From the sequence record OZ035756.1: 64,000 nt of DNA; one strand, written 5' to 3'. The DNA comes from Tequatrovirus LF73P3. Positions 18,333 to 27,879 of this stretch are shown one piece after another (positions within the stretch are counted from its first letter, which is position 1; the number at the start of each line of letters is the position of its first letter). The notes beneath the pieces are model-generated. The model was not told where the DNA came from. It was given only the letters and a program-made list of their open reading frames with translations, and did no database searches. The translations under genes were made by a program, and so were the position numbers.

Positions 18333-19652
18333 TCACACATAAAACACATCATAACGACCACGAGTGACACCAACATAAAGAAGCTGCTGAGCCAATTCAG
18401 CGTCTGCATAATGAATACAAGGCGTATAGATGAAAGCACGGTCTACAGACATGCCCTGAGCTTTGTGAAATGTTGATGCAGGAAGTGCTTTCACTTTACT
18501 AAACTGTGATTTAGCATCCCAAAAATCACTCCACGGAGCTTTTCCACCTTTATTCCAATTTTTATAAGTTTCTGCCGTTTTACCTAAAAATAAGTTAAAC
18601 TTATACAGCTCTTCATCAGATGAAATTATTTTAATCTTTTCACGATAATATTCATCGTCGCCGTAAGTTTCTACTGTTAAATCCCAATGACGAATTAGAT
18701 ATTCTCCAGAAACACCACGAGCTTTAACAAATGTTGATGTATACTCTGCTTCTATAATACGAACTAATTGTCCGTTATTAAAAATAATTTCTGACACAGG
18801 CTTTCCATCAATTTTATATGTTTTAATTAATGGTTCCTGCATTACAATAATTTCACCAACGATAAAATCTTTATCAGTTTCAAAAATCTTTTTGCGAATA
18901 ATGCTATTTAACTTATCAACAGATTTATTCGTAAATGCCATTACGCGATTTTCAAACAAATCGTCTAGTGATTTTACGATTGAAAAATAATTTACCATAA
19001 AATCGCGTAAAGCGGTATCACCAGTAAATCCACGTACTCCATGGCCGTCAACAACTTTATCATAAATCCACTTACCGTTGCGAACATCAGTAGCTACATC
19101 AATAATAGGAGCATTACTACGTTTAACTTCAGTGAGTTCACACTGATAAAAATCTTTATGTGTAAAGAACGGACTGATATAAGCGGTGTTTTCTCCTGGG
19201 TCAACAGGTCTAATTTGCTTATTATCGCCTATTCCAATTATAGTACACCACGGCGGGATAGTTGAAAGCAAAATTTTAAATAACTTTCTATCATACATTG
19301 ACACTTCGTCGCAGATTAATACTCTGCATTTAGCTAAATCCGGTACTTCTTTTTGTTCAAAAAGAACGTTTTCTTCATATGTTACTGGGTTAATTTTAAG
19401 AATACTGTGAATAGTACTCGCTTCTTTCCCTGACAGTTTTGAAAGAATCTTTTTAGCTGCATGAGTAGGAGCTGCTAAAATAATGCCAGTTTCGCCCGTA
19501 GATATTAAAGCTTCAATGATGAACTTAGTAAGAGTAGTCTTACCAGTACCAGCAGGTCCATTAATAGTTACATGATGTTTCTTTTCTTTAATAGCCCTCA
19601 TAACGATGTTAAAGGCATTTTTCTGGCCTTCGGTCAAATCATCAAATGTCAT
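18333..19652 (-). CDS. dda: Dda DNA helicase (SF1)
   Basis: 439 aa, Walker A GPAGTGKT, same length as T4 Dda. Confidence 0.9.
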   Translation of the reverse strand: MTFDDLTEGQKNAFNIVMRAIKEKKHHVTINGPAGTGKTTLTKFIIEALISTGETGIILAAPTHAAKKILSKLSGKEASTIHSILKINPVTYEENVLFEQKEVPDLAKCRVLICDEVSMYDRKLFKILLSTIPPWCTIIGIGDNKQIRPVDPGENTAYISPFFTHKDFYQCELTEVKRSNAPIIDVATDVRNGKWIYDKVVDGHGVRGFTGDTALRDFMVNYFSIVKSLDDLFENRVMAFTNKSVDKLNSIIRKKIFETDKDFIVGEIIVMQEPLIKTYKIDGKPVSEIIFNNGQLVRIIEAEYTSTFVKARGVSGEYLIRHWDLTVETYGDDEYYREKIKIISSDEELYKFNLFLGKTAETYKNWNKGGKAPWSDFWDAKSQFSKVKALPASTFHKAQGMSVDRAFIYTPCIHYADAELAQQLLYVGVTRGRYDVFYV

Positions 19653-19960
19653 CGTAAATTCCCTGCAATTGGTATACTAACAATACGCCCAGTATCTAAA
19701 ATTCGCCGATATAATCTTTGTGTGTCTACATCAGGCTTAACACGTTTAACTTCTATTTTATTAAACCAAAACTTGCGTGGAGTCTCAACTAATCTCGGAA
19801 TTCCCATACCTAAAGCTAGTCGATACTGCTCTTTAAGAGTAGTAAATACTTTATCAGCAATCTCCCTTTCAAAAAATACAGCAGGGCGATGTTCATCAAG
19901 CGGAACTGGCGCCGTAAATCCATCTTTATCTCTATAAACTATCGCATATACATAAAACAT
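19649..19960 (-). CDS. hypothetical protein (103 aa)
   Basis: six-frame ORF coupled to dda. Confidence 0.45.
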   Translation of the reverse strand: MFYVYAIVYRDKDGFTAPVPLDEHRPAVFFEREIADKVFTTLKEQYRLALGMGIPRLVETPRKFWFNKIEVKRVKPDVDTQRLYRRILDTGRIVSIPIAGNLR

Positions 19961-19961
19961 A

Positions 19962-20708
19962 TTATCCTCGGATAAGTTTAAAAATTGAACAATTTAGCGG
20001 GTATCCTCTTTTCAGTTTAAGTTTATCAATAAAAGACAAATTTTGATACCGCTCTACACCTTGAATAATTTTATCACACATATCATATTGCATTTCTGCT
20101 TCTGACAACCTTTTCACAGTTTTCCAATCCGAGCCTTTAAGAAGAACGTTCAATTTAACAACTTCAGCGCCTTCTGCTATACGAGAACCATCAATACGAG
20201 CTTTGAGTGCTACAATCGTTAGCTTAATGTCTGAGGTTTGTTTTGATTTAGAAAGCTGAGAAATGTGTTCAATTCGGTTTTCACGTTTTTTCTGTATAGC
20301 TTTAATTTGATTATAAGTCTTTTTGATTTTAGCCCATTTCTTTTCATCTAAATTTAGTTTATGAACTTTTTTCGCAGATGAACGACCAATTCGCAAAGCA
20401 AATAAATCACGCTTTTCAATCAACTCTTCTAAAGTATAATCAGAACGAAATGTATTGTACTTTTTCTTTACTGCAATAACATTCCCTTTAATGTATCCAA
20501 CGTTATTATCAAAACGTTCTAATGATAATTTCTCTCCTTCAATACGATTATCAAAAGGTTCTCCCGAGTAAGCGCAAACTTTCTGATCTAAAATGTTCTT
20601 AATGTAATTGAAGTCTAAGTTAAAATCTTTAGAACGTCTTTTAGCAGATGCCTGAGTGTGCTCTAGACGACGTGTAATTTTACGAATTTGATTTTTAGAC
20701 AGTTTCAT
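19962..20708 (-). CDS. Srd-like protein (248 aa; candidate)
   Basis: size and position match T4 srd between dda and modA; basic, no catalytic motif confirmed. Confidence 0.45.
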   Translation of the reverse strand: MKLSKNQIRKITRRLEHTQASAKRRSKDFNLDFNYIKNILDQKVCAYSGEPFDNRIEGEKLSLERFDNNVGYIKGNVIAVKKKYNTFRSDYTLEELIEKRDLFALRIGRSSAKKVHKLNLDEKKWAKIKKTYNQIKAIQKKRENRIEHISQLSKSKQTSDIKLTIVALKARIDGSRIAEGAEVVKLNVLLKGSDWKTVKRLSEAEMQYDMCDKIIQGVERYQNLSFIDKLKLKRGYPLNCSIFKLIRG

Positions 20709-20738
20709 ATTTTTCTCACGGACGGGTTAACTACTTAT

Positions 20739-20768
20739 ACTATAACATTTTTACTTCAGTTTGTAAAC
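20739..20768 (-). promoter_or_regulatory. Early promoter (GTTTAC, TGTTATAGT)
   Basis: minus-strand GTTTACaaactgaagtaaaaatgTTATAGT. Confidence 0.5.
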
Positions 20769-20824
20769 AACTTTATGAAAAATGCTTTAAAACTTTCGTG
20801 GTATAATGAATCTAAGTCCTTCCA

Positions 20825-21427
20825 TTATAGATTAAATCCTTCAAAATCAAGAGTATAGATAGTGTATGTTGAATACTTTTTATACTCGTATCTATCCGCA
20901 ATTCTAAATACACTTCCAGCTGGTATCATTACTTCTTGTTCATCTGAAACTAATTCCATATTACGATAACGATGGCTATCCGGAAATTTAAAACTCGGGC
21001 TATATTCTTTACAACGTAAAGCTTTTATAGCATACTCCTGGAAATTAAACACCATAGGAGCTTTGAATTCAAAAATAACTTGTGTGTTGTATTCTAATCC
21101 AGAAGCAAAATGTAGAGCTATATTTTTATCATATGAAGCTGATACTACTTTATCAAATGTAATAATATCAATTCCTTGATTTAACACCTGTTTAGTCTCA
21201 ACTGGAACACCTCTCCAAAGAGGTTTATCGTTTGGAACCAAACGAGATTTGATTATTTCATTTAACCAAGAATGATCGTCTGGCTTATTAGTAATACAAT
21301 GAATTAAAAGTTCAATTTCAGATAAATTAAATCCTTCGGAAAGTAATTCTTCACGAATAGAAGCACGCACCGATGCATCCATTGATTTGATTTTAAAATC
21401 TTTTAATTGCATTGCTGAATATTTCAT
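20825..21427 (-). CDS. modA: ModA ADP-ribosyltransferase
   Basis: 200 aa; R-S-E motifs (WRG, SAS, EQEVMIP). Confidence 0.8.
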   Translation of the reverse strand: MKYSAMQLKDFKIKSMDASVRASIREELLSEGFNLSEIELLIHCITNKPDDHSWLNEIIKSRLVPNDKPLWRGVPVETKQVLNQGIDIITFDKVVSASYDKNIALHFASGLEYNTQVIFEFKAPMVFNFQEYAIKALRCKEYSPSFKFPDSHRYRNMELVSDEQEVMIPAGSVFRIADRYEYKKYSTYTIYTLDFEGFNL

Positions 21428-22047
21428 TCAACTACCTCAATATCATACACTTTAAATGTTCCAAATGAATCGTGTAATTTTTCTTTTGAAATAGAAGTTA
21501 TTTTATACTTTCCAATTGGAATCATCCATTCTTGTTCACGCACAATCATCATTAAGTTATCAGTACGTTCTGAATCTAATCCATCAGTATCTTCATATGT
21601 ATACTTAAACTCAGTATTAGGAGAAGAAAGTATAATATCGCTGATATGGTCAGAATAATTAAAAGCTTTATCAGTTTTTAAGCGAAATATTATTTCAGTG
21701 GAATATTCAACATAAGAAAAACCACATGCTGTGTGCAAACTAGTAGTAAATGAATCTACTCTGTTCGTTGAAAACACTTCTCCGATTTGTAAATCTTTAA
21801 TGAGTTCTTTTGTCGATTTTGATATACCACGATATAGCTGATAAGGCGATTTAGTTAAATGCTTTTTAGCGATTTTATTCAACTGCTGATGAAGAGCTTC
21901 ATTCTTTTTGGCTTCCATACATTGCCAAAGAATTGACTGTTCAAAGTCAGTAAATTTTTCACAGACCTTTTTATACATATCATATTGAAAATCGACACTT
22001 TCAGCTTTTATAGATAACTGTTCAACATCTGCAAGATTAATAATCAT
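21424..22047 (-). CDS. modB: ModB ADP-ribosyltransferase
   Basis: 207 aa; R-S-E motifs (YRG, STN, EQEWMIP). Confidence 0.8.
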   Translation of the reverse strand: MIINLADVEQLSIKAESVDFQYDMYKKVCEKFTDFEQSILWQCMEAKKNEALHQQLNKIAKKHLTKSPYQLYRGISKSTKELIKDLQIGEVFSTNRVDSFTTSLHTACGFSYVEYSTEIIFRLKTDKAFNYSDHISDIILSSPNTEFKYTYEDTDGLDSERTDNLMMIVREQEWMIPIGKYKITSISKEKLHDSFGTFKVYDIEVVE

Positions 22048-22073
22048 GATAGCCTCCGTATACTTCAGAAACT

Positions 22074-22103
22074 ATCATATCATTGTTAGGAAGGAAAGTA
22101 AAC
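22074..22103 (-). promoter_or_regulatory. Early promoter (GTTTAC, TGATATGAT)
   Basis: minus-strand aaaaGTTGTTTACtttccttcctaacaatgaTATGAT. Confidence 0.5.
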
Positions 22104-22114
22104 AACTTTTTGAA

Positions 22115-22297
22115 TTATTTTGCCCAGGGAGCCCAAGGCGGAGGGTCAAGATGGTATGAAGCTAGTTCTTCTAGAAGAGCATCTGGGGCTTCAATTCCAT
22201 AATTCTGTAATACTATACGGTACTCTTTCTTATAATCACTAGAATCATTCTGGATATTCGTAGAATGATTATCTTCTAACATCTCAAATAAATCCAT
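22115..22297 (-). CDS. hypothetical protein (60 aa)
   Basis: six-frame ORF. Confidence 0.4.
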   Translation of the reverse strand: MDLFEMLEDNHSTNIQNDSSDYKKEYRIVLQNYGIEAPDALLEELASYHLDPPPWAPWAK

Positions 22298-22305
22298 ATT
22301 AATTC

Positions 22306-22776
22306 CTAGCGATAAAAACCAAAATAACGATTAGCTTCAATAATCTTTCTTTCTTCTTCGGACATTCTCCAGCGTAGTCCAACATCAAAATGAGCCCAGA
22401 CCATCTTAACAAATGCATTTATATCTTTAATATCTTCAATAATGAATGATTTACTTTTAGAAGGTTGACTCGCTAATTTAACTTTATCGTCTTCAAACAG
22501 GTCAAAAAGACCATATTCATGAGCTCTTTTATAGCCTTTAATAGTTAAAGCTTCAGAAGAAGAAAACGGTGAATCAGTATTCTGTAAAATATCTTCAGTA
22601 TGCTTTATAATTAGAATAACATTTTCTGGATATTTTCTTTCTTTTATATCTTTAATTAAAAGATCCGGATTTTCTGCTAAAGGAATAATTAATGAGCATT
22701 TTTTATCAAGTGCATTTACTGATTTACCTTCTTTAGACATAAATTCTATTGAATAATGTTTTGCTACTTCAATCAT
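22306..22776 (-). CDS. hypothetical protein (156 aa), mrh position
   Basis: six-frame ORF. Confidence 0.45.
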   Translation of the reverse strand: MIEVAKHYSIEFMSKEGKSVNALDKKCSLIIPLAENPDLLIKDIKERKYPENVILIIKHTEDILQNTDSPFSSSEALTIKGYKRAHEYGLFDLFEDDKVKLASQPSKSKSFIIEDIKDINAFVKMVWAHFDVGLRWRMSEEERKIIEANRYFGFYR

Positions 22777-22929
22777 GCGATTTCCTCTTGCCTACTAATG
22801 GACCGTCAGGAATTTTGTTTTCCTGGATATATTTCTCATTTTCTTCCATCATTTTACTGCCAATTTTAAGAAGCAAATCCATTGCTTCATTTGCTTTAGC
22901 TTTAGCCTCTTCTAATGTCATATCTCTGT

Positions 22930-23133
22930 TCACAATTTATCCCCATAGATGTCTCTCATTAATTTAAGCGCTGAGCGTTCTAATTTCTTTTCTTTCTCAG
23001 CACTAATCATTGATTTCATCCATTCTTCTGATTCGTTCTGCATTTCTTTATTTACCTGTTCAACCCAACCATCGTCAATGTACATTGAGTTTGGTCTATT
23101 GAACCATTCAAGCATCTTCTTCAGAACTTTCAC
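22930..23133 (-). CDS. hypothetical protein (67 aa)
   Basis: six-frame ORF. Confidence 0.35.
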   Translation of the reverse strand: MKVLKKMLEWFNRPNSMYIDDGWVEQVNKEMQNESEEWMKSMISAEKEKKLERSALKLMRDIYGDKL

Positions 23134-23605
23134 TTGTTTTACCTAAAACAATAGTAGGAGCATCGTCAAATTCATGAATTTTTAGCAATTTTGGATTTAA
23201 ATTATTCCATACATAATAAATGAAGTATGATAAAGCATCTTCACTCGCAATTATAAATTTATTTCCTTTATCTATTTTCCAGTCATATACTGAATCATAT
23301 GAATATAATGGCAATGGTTTATTGTTATAATATGATTCAGCAACATCAATATAGTTAGATTTAGTAAACGCTTGAATTGACATAAATGGAGAATTTCGTA
23401 CAGTTTCAATAATTCCGATCTTTTTAAGTTTTATTTCAACATCTTCTGGAACTGGCATTGAAATAAAATCTTCTACTAGATACATGTTATTATCATATCT
23501 TTTATCAATTATTACTGCTACTGTAATTGGAATATCTTTAGCAAACGCCATGCTATCACTGCTAATATACATTTCAAACAAAATTGCTTCCATAATTTTC
23601 CTCAA
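23108..23605 (-). CDS. hypothetical protein (165 aa)
   Basis: six-frame ORF. Confidence 0.45.
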   Translation of the reverse strand: MRKIMEAILFEMYISSDSMAFAKDIPITVAVIIDKRYDNNMYLVEDFISMPVPEDVEIKLKKIGIIETVRNSPFMSIQAFTKSNYIDVAESYYNNKPLPLYSYDSVYDWKIDKGNKFIIASEDALSYFIYYVWNNLNPKLLKIHEFDDAPTIVLGKTSESSEEDA

Positions 23606-23940
23606 TCACAAGATGTAGATGAACAACTAGAATCACAAGAACTTCCACATGAATCGCCCGTCCACACATGAACAGGAACATTAGTATCATATGAATCAGA
23701 ACTAGACTGTGTATTCTGCGTATTAGATGATGTAGGTGTTGACCAACGCCAAGGATTTTTATAATATTCCTGGGCTTCTTCATAAGTCATAGTAACTGCT
23801 TCTACTGTTCCATCTCCCATATAAACATATTCAACTACAGTTAAAGGAAGGTAGTCATTTGAAATAGGAACTACACCTTCTCCGGGAGCTGTAGAGAAAA
23901 AATCCGTAAAGAAACTTTTAAACCAATTAAAGATAAACAT
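23602..23940 (-). CDS. hypothetical protein with Cys/Ser-rich C-terminal tail (112 aa)
   Basis: C-terminus ...[18 protein letters not shown]. Confidence 0.45.
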   Translation of the reverse strand: MFIFNWFKSFFTDFFSTAPGEGVVPISNDYLPLTVVEYVYMGDGTVEAVTMTYEEAQEYYKNPWRWSTPTSSNTQNTQSSSDSYDTNVPVHVWTGDSCGSSCDSSCSSTSCD

Positions 23941-24152
23941 TACAAAAAGCCTCTTTGAAATTCGACTCTTTGAAATCCACCCCAGTCAGTGTATCGCATT
24001 TCAGCATTGAACTCGACTGAACCATCTGCATGCATCATGAATGAATGCGTGACGATATCACAATCCCAGCTTTTCATACCCCATTTATCAGAGATAGCTT
24101 TATCAAGAACCTTCTGGAGGTCTTCATTTGGTTTAATCCAACGATTTAACAT
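23940..24152 (-). CDS. hypothetical protein (70 aa)
   Basis: six-frame ORF downstream of a cassette promoter. Confidence 0.4.
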   Translation of the reverse strand: MLNRWIKPNEDLQKVLDKAISDKWGMKSWDCDIVTHSFMMHADGSVEFNAEMRYTDWGGFQRVEFQRGFL

Positions 24153-24178
24153 AGTGCTCTCCTCTATAAGATAATTTT

Positions 24179-24208
24179 ATTATACCATACTCATTTTGGA
24201 AAGTAAAC
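24179..24208 (-). promoter_or_regulatory. Early promoter (GTTTAC, TGGTATAAT)
   Basis: minus-strand GTTTACtttccaaaatgagtatggTATAAT. Confidence 0.55.
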
Positions 24209-24216
24209 CGGTAAAA

Positions 24217-24243
24217 TGAAAAAAGGACTCCCGGAGGAGTCCT
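24217..24243 (-). terminator. Rho-independent terminator after soc (AGGACTCC-UCCG-GGAGUCCU plus U-run)
   Basis: 8-bp stem, tetraloop, followed by UUUUUUCAUUUU on minus strand. Confidence 0.65.
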
Positions 24244-24248
24244 TGAAT

Positions 24249-24494
24249 TTATTCACCAGTTACTTTCCACAAATCTTCGTTTGCAGTAATCCATTCAGTA
24301 CGTTGATTTTCTTCATATACTGTAGAATATGCTGCTTTTTCTGAAGGGAATATCTGATAATGAGCGCCAGAAATTTTGTGAACGTCAGAATAAAGAGGGA
24401 AAGCTACAGAAATTTCCTTTCCTTCAATTTTCTTATTTCCATCTAATTTTTGCTCAAATGTTTTAATATTAACATAACCGCGAGTACTAGCCAT
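24249..24494 (-). CDS. soc: Soc small outer capsid protein
   Basis: 81 aa, MASTRGYVNIKTFEQKLDGNKKIEGKEISVAFPLYSDVHKISGAHYQ... as recalled for T4 Soc. Confidence 0.85.
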   Translation of the reverse strand: MASTRGYVNIKTFEQKLDGNKKIEGKEISVAFPLYSDVHKISGAHYQIFPSEKAAYSTVYEENQRTEWITANEDLWKVTGE

Positions 24495-24509
24495 GTAATT
24501 CTCCTTTAT

Positions 24510-24719
24510 TTAAATTACATGACTATTTATAATAAATTCTTGCGGAACGTTAAAATACCCAATTTTAGTTAATATAACAACATCACCGTTAATAATTACC
24601 GGAGAATAATCGGCTGGAGCATTAAACTTCCAATGAGCTCTAATATTATATCCATCAGAACCAAATGCTCGACTAGCCGGTCTCCCGGCTTTTTGCCATG
24701 CATAAAAATCAAATTTCAT
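24510..24719 (-). CDS. hypothetical protein (69 aa)
   Basis: six-frame ORF where T4 carries segF. Confidence 0.4.
   Translation of the reverse strand: MKFDFYAWQKAGRPASRAFGSDGYNIRAHWKFNAPADYSPVIINGDVVILTKIGYFNVPQEFIINSHVI
24524..24531 (-). promoter_or_regulatory. Late promoter TATAAATA for soc
   Basis: exact TATAAATA on minus strand about 30 nt upstream of soc ATG. Confidence 0.6.
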
Positions 24720-24916
24720 TTTGAATGCACTATAATTAATTTTAAGGCTTCTTCATGCACCTTACCTAATTGTATATGTCCAGTTTTAATTGTGTAAGCT
24801 TTGTGGAGCTGATTAGATAAGAGCTTGTATGTGAGCTCCTTGTCATAATTTTTAAATAGCTGGTCAATACGTTTCTTGTGGGCTTTCTTAAGCTGGCGTT
24901 TATTTAAACGAGCCAT
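24716..24916 (-). CDS. hypothetical basic protein (66 aa)
   Basis: six-frame ORF. Confidence 0.4.
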   Translation of the reverse strand: MARLNKRQLKKAHKKRIDQLFKNYDKELTYKLLSNQLHKAYTIKTGHIQLGKVHEEALKLIIVHSK

Positions 24917-25434
24917 TAATAACCTCGGTCTTGACGAGCGAAGTTTTCAGCATTTTTCAGATAATAAAGTTTAAAGATTTCTTCAGCCGTAAGACCGAGG
25001 CCTTGGAACATGTTCAGAACGAAATGAAGAATATCAATCATTTCGAATTTAATTTCCAACTGGTCTTGTGGAGACAAATCAGTAATCAGAGTTTCACGTC
25101 GTTCACCATGTTGAGCTTTCCAAGGCTTCCATACAGCAGATGCATCTTTTTCACCATTGCTCATACCACCAAGAGAAGTCAGTAGTTCGCGGAATTCATC
25201 ATCAATATAATCTTTCTGATTACGCAGCCAATCAACAACTTCACCCGCAGTAGCCAAATCATCAGGATGACGGTTATATTCAGGTTTATCTTTAGCTAAA
25301 CGAACCTGTAGAGATTTCTGCATATCAAGCATAACTTGCAGAGGGTCTTTTTCATCACCGAGAATATCCCAGTATTCATTTTGAGCTTTATCAGCGCCTT
25401 CAATCAGTTGTGAACATTCGTTAAAGTATGCCAT
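24916..25434 (-). CDS. 56: gp56 dCTPase/dUTPase (MazG-like)
   Basis: 172 aa from ATG at 25434 (MAYFNECSQLIEGADKAQNEYWDIL...); track ORF is extended by 31 hydrophobic codons without SD. Confidence 0.8.
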   Translation of the reverse strand: MAYFNECSQLIEGADKAQNEYWDILGDEKDPLQVMLDMQKSLQVRLAKDKPEYNRHPDDLATAGEVVDWLRNQKDYIDDEFRELLTSLGGMSNGEKDASAVWKPWKAQHGERRETLITDLSPQDQLEIKFEMIDILHFVLNMFQGLGLTAEEIFKLYYLKNAENFARQDRGY

Positions 25435-25505
25435 TATTTTTCCTTTCAATTCATGGGTTAGTAGATTAATTATACAATAAATATATAAAGCAATAAGGAG
25501 GATAT

Positions 25506-25706
25506 ATGGTACAAAAATTAATGGCACTTGTTAATGCCATAAAAGGTAATAAAAAACGTATAGCTTTTACTATTTCTGCTATGGTAGGAATTTTACTCTG
25601 GAATTTTATTTTATCACCAATTGCTATTGCTCATGGTGTTAATATTCCAGTAATTACTCTTGATACATTCGTAGATTTAGCATTTGCTTTAGTTGGGTTA
25701 ATTTAA
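25506..25706 (+). CDS. plus-strand small membrane protein (66 aa, two predicted TM helices)
   Basis: ATG preceded by AAGGAGG SD; fills the 56-61 intergenic space; stop overlaps gene 61 stop. Confidence 0.5.
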   Translation: MVQKLMALVNAIKGNKKRIAFTISAMVGILLWNFILSPIAIAHGVNIPVITLDTFVDLAFALVGLI

Positions 25707-26731
25707 ATCTTAGCGTATTTAGATAGCCGCATTTTAGCCATCAACCCTTGGGCAATATTATTTTTCATATATTCCATAATTTGTTTAGGGGTTGCACCTT
25801 CCTTTCTAATCATATCATTAACATCTTTTGATTTCCAGGGAGATTTATCCCAAAACATAACCCTTTCTCCTGCATCAACTAATTTAGTCATTCGTTTAAT
25901 AGTGTCAGGGTGACGAGGTTCATTATCTAAAACCCACACACGTCTATCTTTAAATGGAACAATTTCTAGGTCTAATTGACCGCCCGTAATAGCTATACCA
26001 TTTTCAATAAAAAGTGAATCTATAGGTCCTTCTAGAACATATACATCACCATCTTTGACTCGTTCGACTCCATAGATTTTTGTTGCCTCAGGATAAGCTT
26101 TGATGGTGATATATTTTTGAGGAGCATCTTTCTTTAATGCACGTCCTTGAAAAGACTCGGCTTTTCCGTTAGCATTATAAATTGGAATAACAAGACGAGG
26201 CTCAGGTATTTCCTTTTTATATGTTCCTGGTGCTATACTATTAACTAATTTAGGCCATTCAGTTGTAAACCAAAGATATTTCCATTTATCCTTTGGAATA
26301 CAACGAGCTTTTACATATTTTATAATTGGATGGTCTTCCGCCAGTTTATCTAATCTAATGCATGACGGAAGAGATTTAATTATTTTCTTCTCAGGTTGTT
26401 TAGGAAGTTCTTTAGGTTTTTCTACTGGACGACTTTTACCTTTTTCCTTTCTTATTTCAAAGATATACTCACGATATAAATCAGGTTCAAACTCCTTTAA
26501 ATATATTCCGATTGGTGCATGATAGTTACAGTTATAACAATGAATATTTCCTTCATTATTATCTCCATAATACCATCCACGGGCTTTATTTTGGTCGGTT
26601 TTTGAATCTCCACAAACAGGACATCTAAACCGTAATTTAAAAGTTGAACTATTATTTACTTGTGTGAATTTAGGTAAATGAGCTAATGCACGGTATGCAA
26701 ACTCATTATCAATCCAAGGTATTGATGACAT
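25703..26731 (-). CDS. 61: gp61 DNA primase
   Basis: 342 aa, N-terminal zinc ribbon CPVCGDS...CYNC, TOPRIM-like core; same length as T4 gp61. Confidence 0.9.
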   Translation of the reverse strand: MSSIPWIDNEFAYRALAHLPKFTQVNNSSTFKLRFRCPVCGDSKTDQNKARGWYYGDNNEGNIHCYNCNYHAPIGIYLKEFEPDLYREYIFEIRKEKGKSRPVEKPKELPKQPEKKIIKSLPSCIRLDKLAEDHPIIKYVKARCIPKDKWKYLWFTTEWPKLVNSIAPGTYKKEIPEPRLVIPIYNANGKAESFQGRALKKDAPQKYITIKAYPEATKIYGVERVKDGDVYVLEGPIDSLFIENGIAITGGQLDLEIVPFKDRRVWVLDNEPRHPDTIKRMTKLVDAGERVMFWDKSPWKSKDVNDMIRKEGATPKQIMEYMKNNIAQGLMAKMRLSKYAKI

Positions 26732-26733
26732 TT

Positions 26734-26898
26734 TTACTCTTCTTTTTCTTTAGATTCCTCTTTTTTCTTTTTAGGAATCTGTTCAGGACCTTTATTTACT
26801 ACAGCACCTGACGTTGTTCCAGTGGAGATATTTTCAGGATTACCACCTGAATCTCCAGCTACCATATCTTCTTTAATAAATTCTTTATATGTTTTCAT
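26734..26898 (-). CDS. small hydrophilic protein (54 aa), 61.1 position
   Basis: hand-translated MKTYKEFIKEDMVAGDSGGNPENI...KEE. Confidence 0.4.
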   Translation of the reverse strand: MKTYKEFIKEDMVAGDSGGNPENISTGTTSGAVVNKGPEQIPKKKKEESKEKEE

Positions 26899-26899
26899 A

Positions 26900-27526
26900 T
26901 TAACCTCTATTCATAAAAGCATTAAAAATTTGGTCATCAATAGAAACATCTACTTTAGACTGTTTTTCTGATGGTAATTCATATCCACATATTACAATTT
27001 TGTGATCAATATCAAAATACACAGAAGCAATATGATTAATGATGTTTTCAGTAAAGTCTAAATCAACATCAATATCTTTTTGACCACAGCCCAAAGGATA
27101 AATAATGCGAGTAATTCGATTATCTTTAACAAAGATTCCACCGACATACTCTGTGCTGCGTTTAAAGTCTACACGCCGACGAAATGAAAAATATTCAGGC
27201 TCTTTATGAGCTCGGCTCATAGGACACAACGAGTAACTAGAATAAGAGATGTCAAATCCTACGCCTTCAATATGAGCCAAAGTATTACGATTAAACCAAT
27301 TATAATCGTACGCCAAATCCATTAGATTATAATATGTAAAAGGCACCGGATTAACATCATTAGTCACAAGCACGTAATTAGCAATTGCTATAATTTCATT
27401 GTTTTTAACGAATACAAACCGTGATTGATGTGAATGACCTGGACCTGCGTTTTCACGATTAATGATATAACACTGGGCACCTTTATATTTGTATGTATCT
27501 TTGCACTTGTGCATTTGATAGAGCAT
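26900..27526 (-). CDS. hypothetical protein (208 aa), 61.2 position
   Basis: six-frame ORF. Confidence 0.5.
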   Translation of the reverse strand: MLYQMHKCKDTYKYKGAQCYIINRENAGPGHSHQSRFVFVKNNEIIAIANYVLVTNDVNPVPFTYYNLMDLAYDYNWFNRNTLAHIEGVGFDISYSSYSLCPMSRAHKEPEYFSFRRRVDFKRSTEYVGGIFVKDNRITRIIYPLGCGQKDIDVDLDFTENIINHIASVYFDIDHKIVICGYELPSEKQSKVDVSIDDQIFNAFMNRG

Positions 27527-27819
27527 TATTCACCTACCACTTCAGCGATGATATTTTTATTATTAAAGTTTTTATCGCAATACAGAACATAATTATACTG
27601 CATTACACCACCAGACTTAAGCTGTTTTTGTACTTCAGCTTTCATTTCAGGACGGTCACGCTCAACAATATTCATAATATCTGCTTCAATTTGAGTTTCA
27701 ACTTCAGTCTGATCTGCAGTCATAGACCATTCACACAAATCTTTGTCATAACCCGCCATAGCAGGCTGAGCAGCACAAGAAGATAAAGCAAAAATTGTAG
27801 CAAAGATAAATTTTTTCAT
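27526..27819 (-). CDS. sp: Spackle-like periplasmic protein (superinfection exclusion / lysozyme inhibitor)
   Basis: 97 aa with signal peptide MKKFIFATIFALSSCAAQPAMA; T4 Sp is 97 aa. Confidence 0.65.
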   Translation of the reverse strand: MKKFIFATIFALSSCAAQPAMAGYDKDLCEWSMTADQTEVETQIEADIMNIVERDRPEMKAEVQKQLKSGGVMQYNYVLYCDKNFNNKNIIAEVVGE

Positions 27820-27879
27820 GATAATCTCCTCAGTAGTTTATGTTTATATAGTATCTCAATTTCCAATAAAAGTAAACAG

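Noticed and set aside
24916-25527. Long track versions of several ORFs (gp56 as 203 aa, dexA as 238 aa, gp44 as 324 aa, gp55 as 187 aa, ORFs reading through promoter cassettes)
   Set aside because: The extensions start at GTG/TTG or lie upstream of the mapped promoter, lack SDs, and give lengths that disagree with T4 orthologues; starts were moved to the first ATG with an SD.
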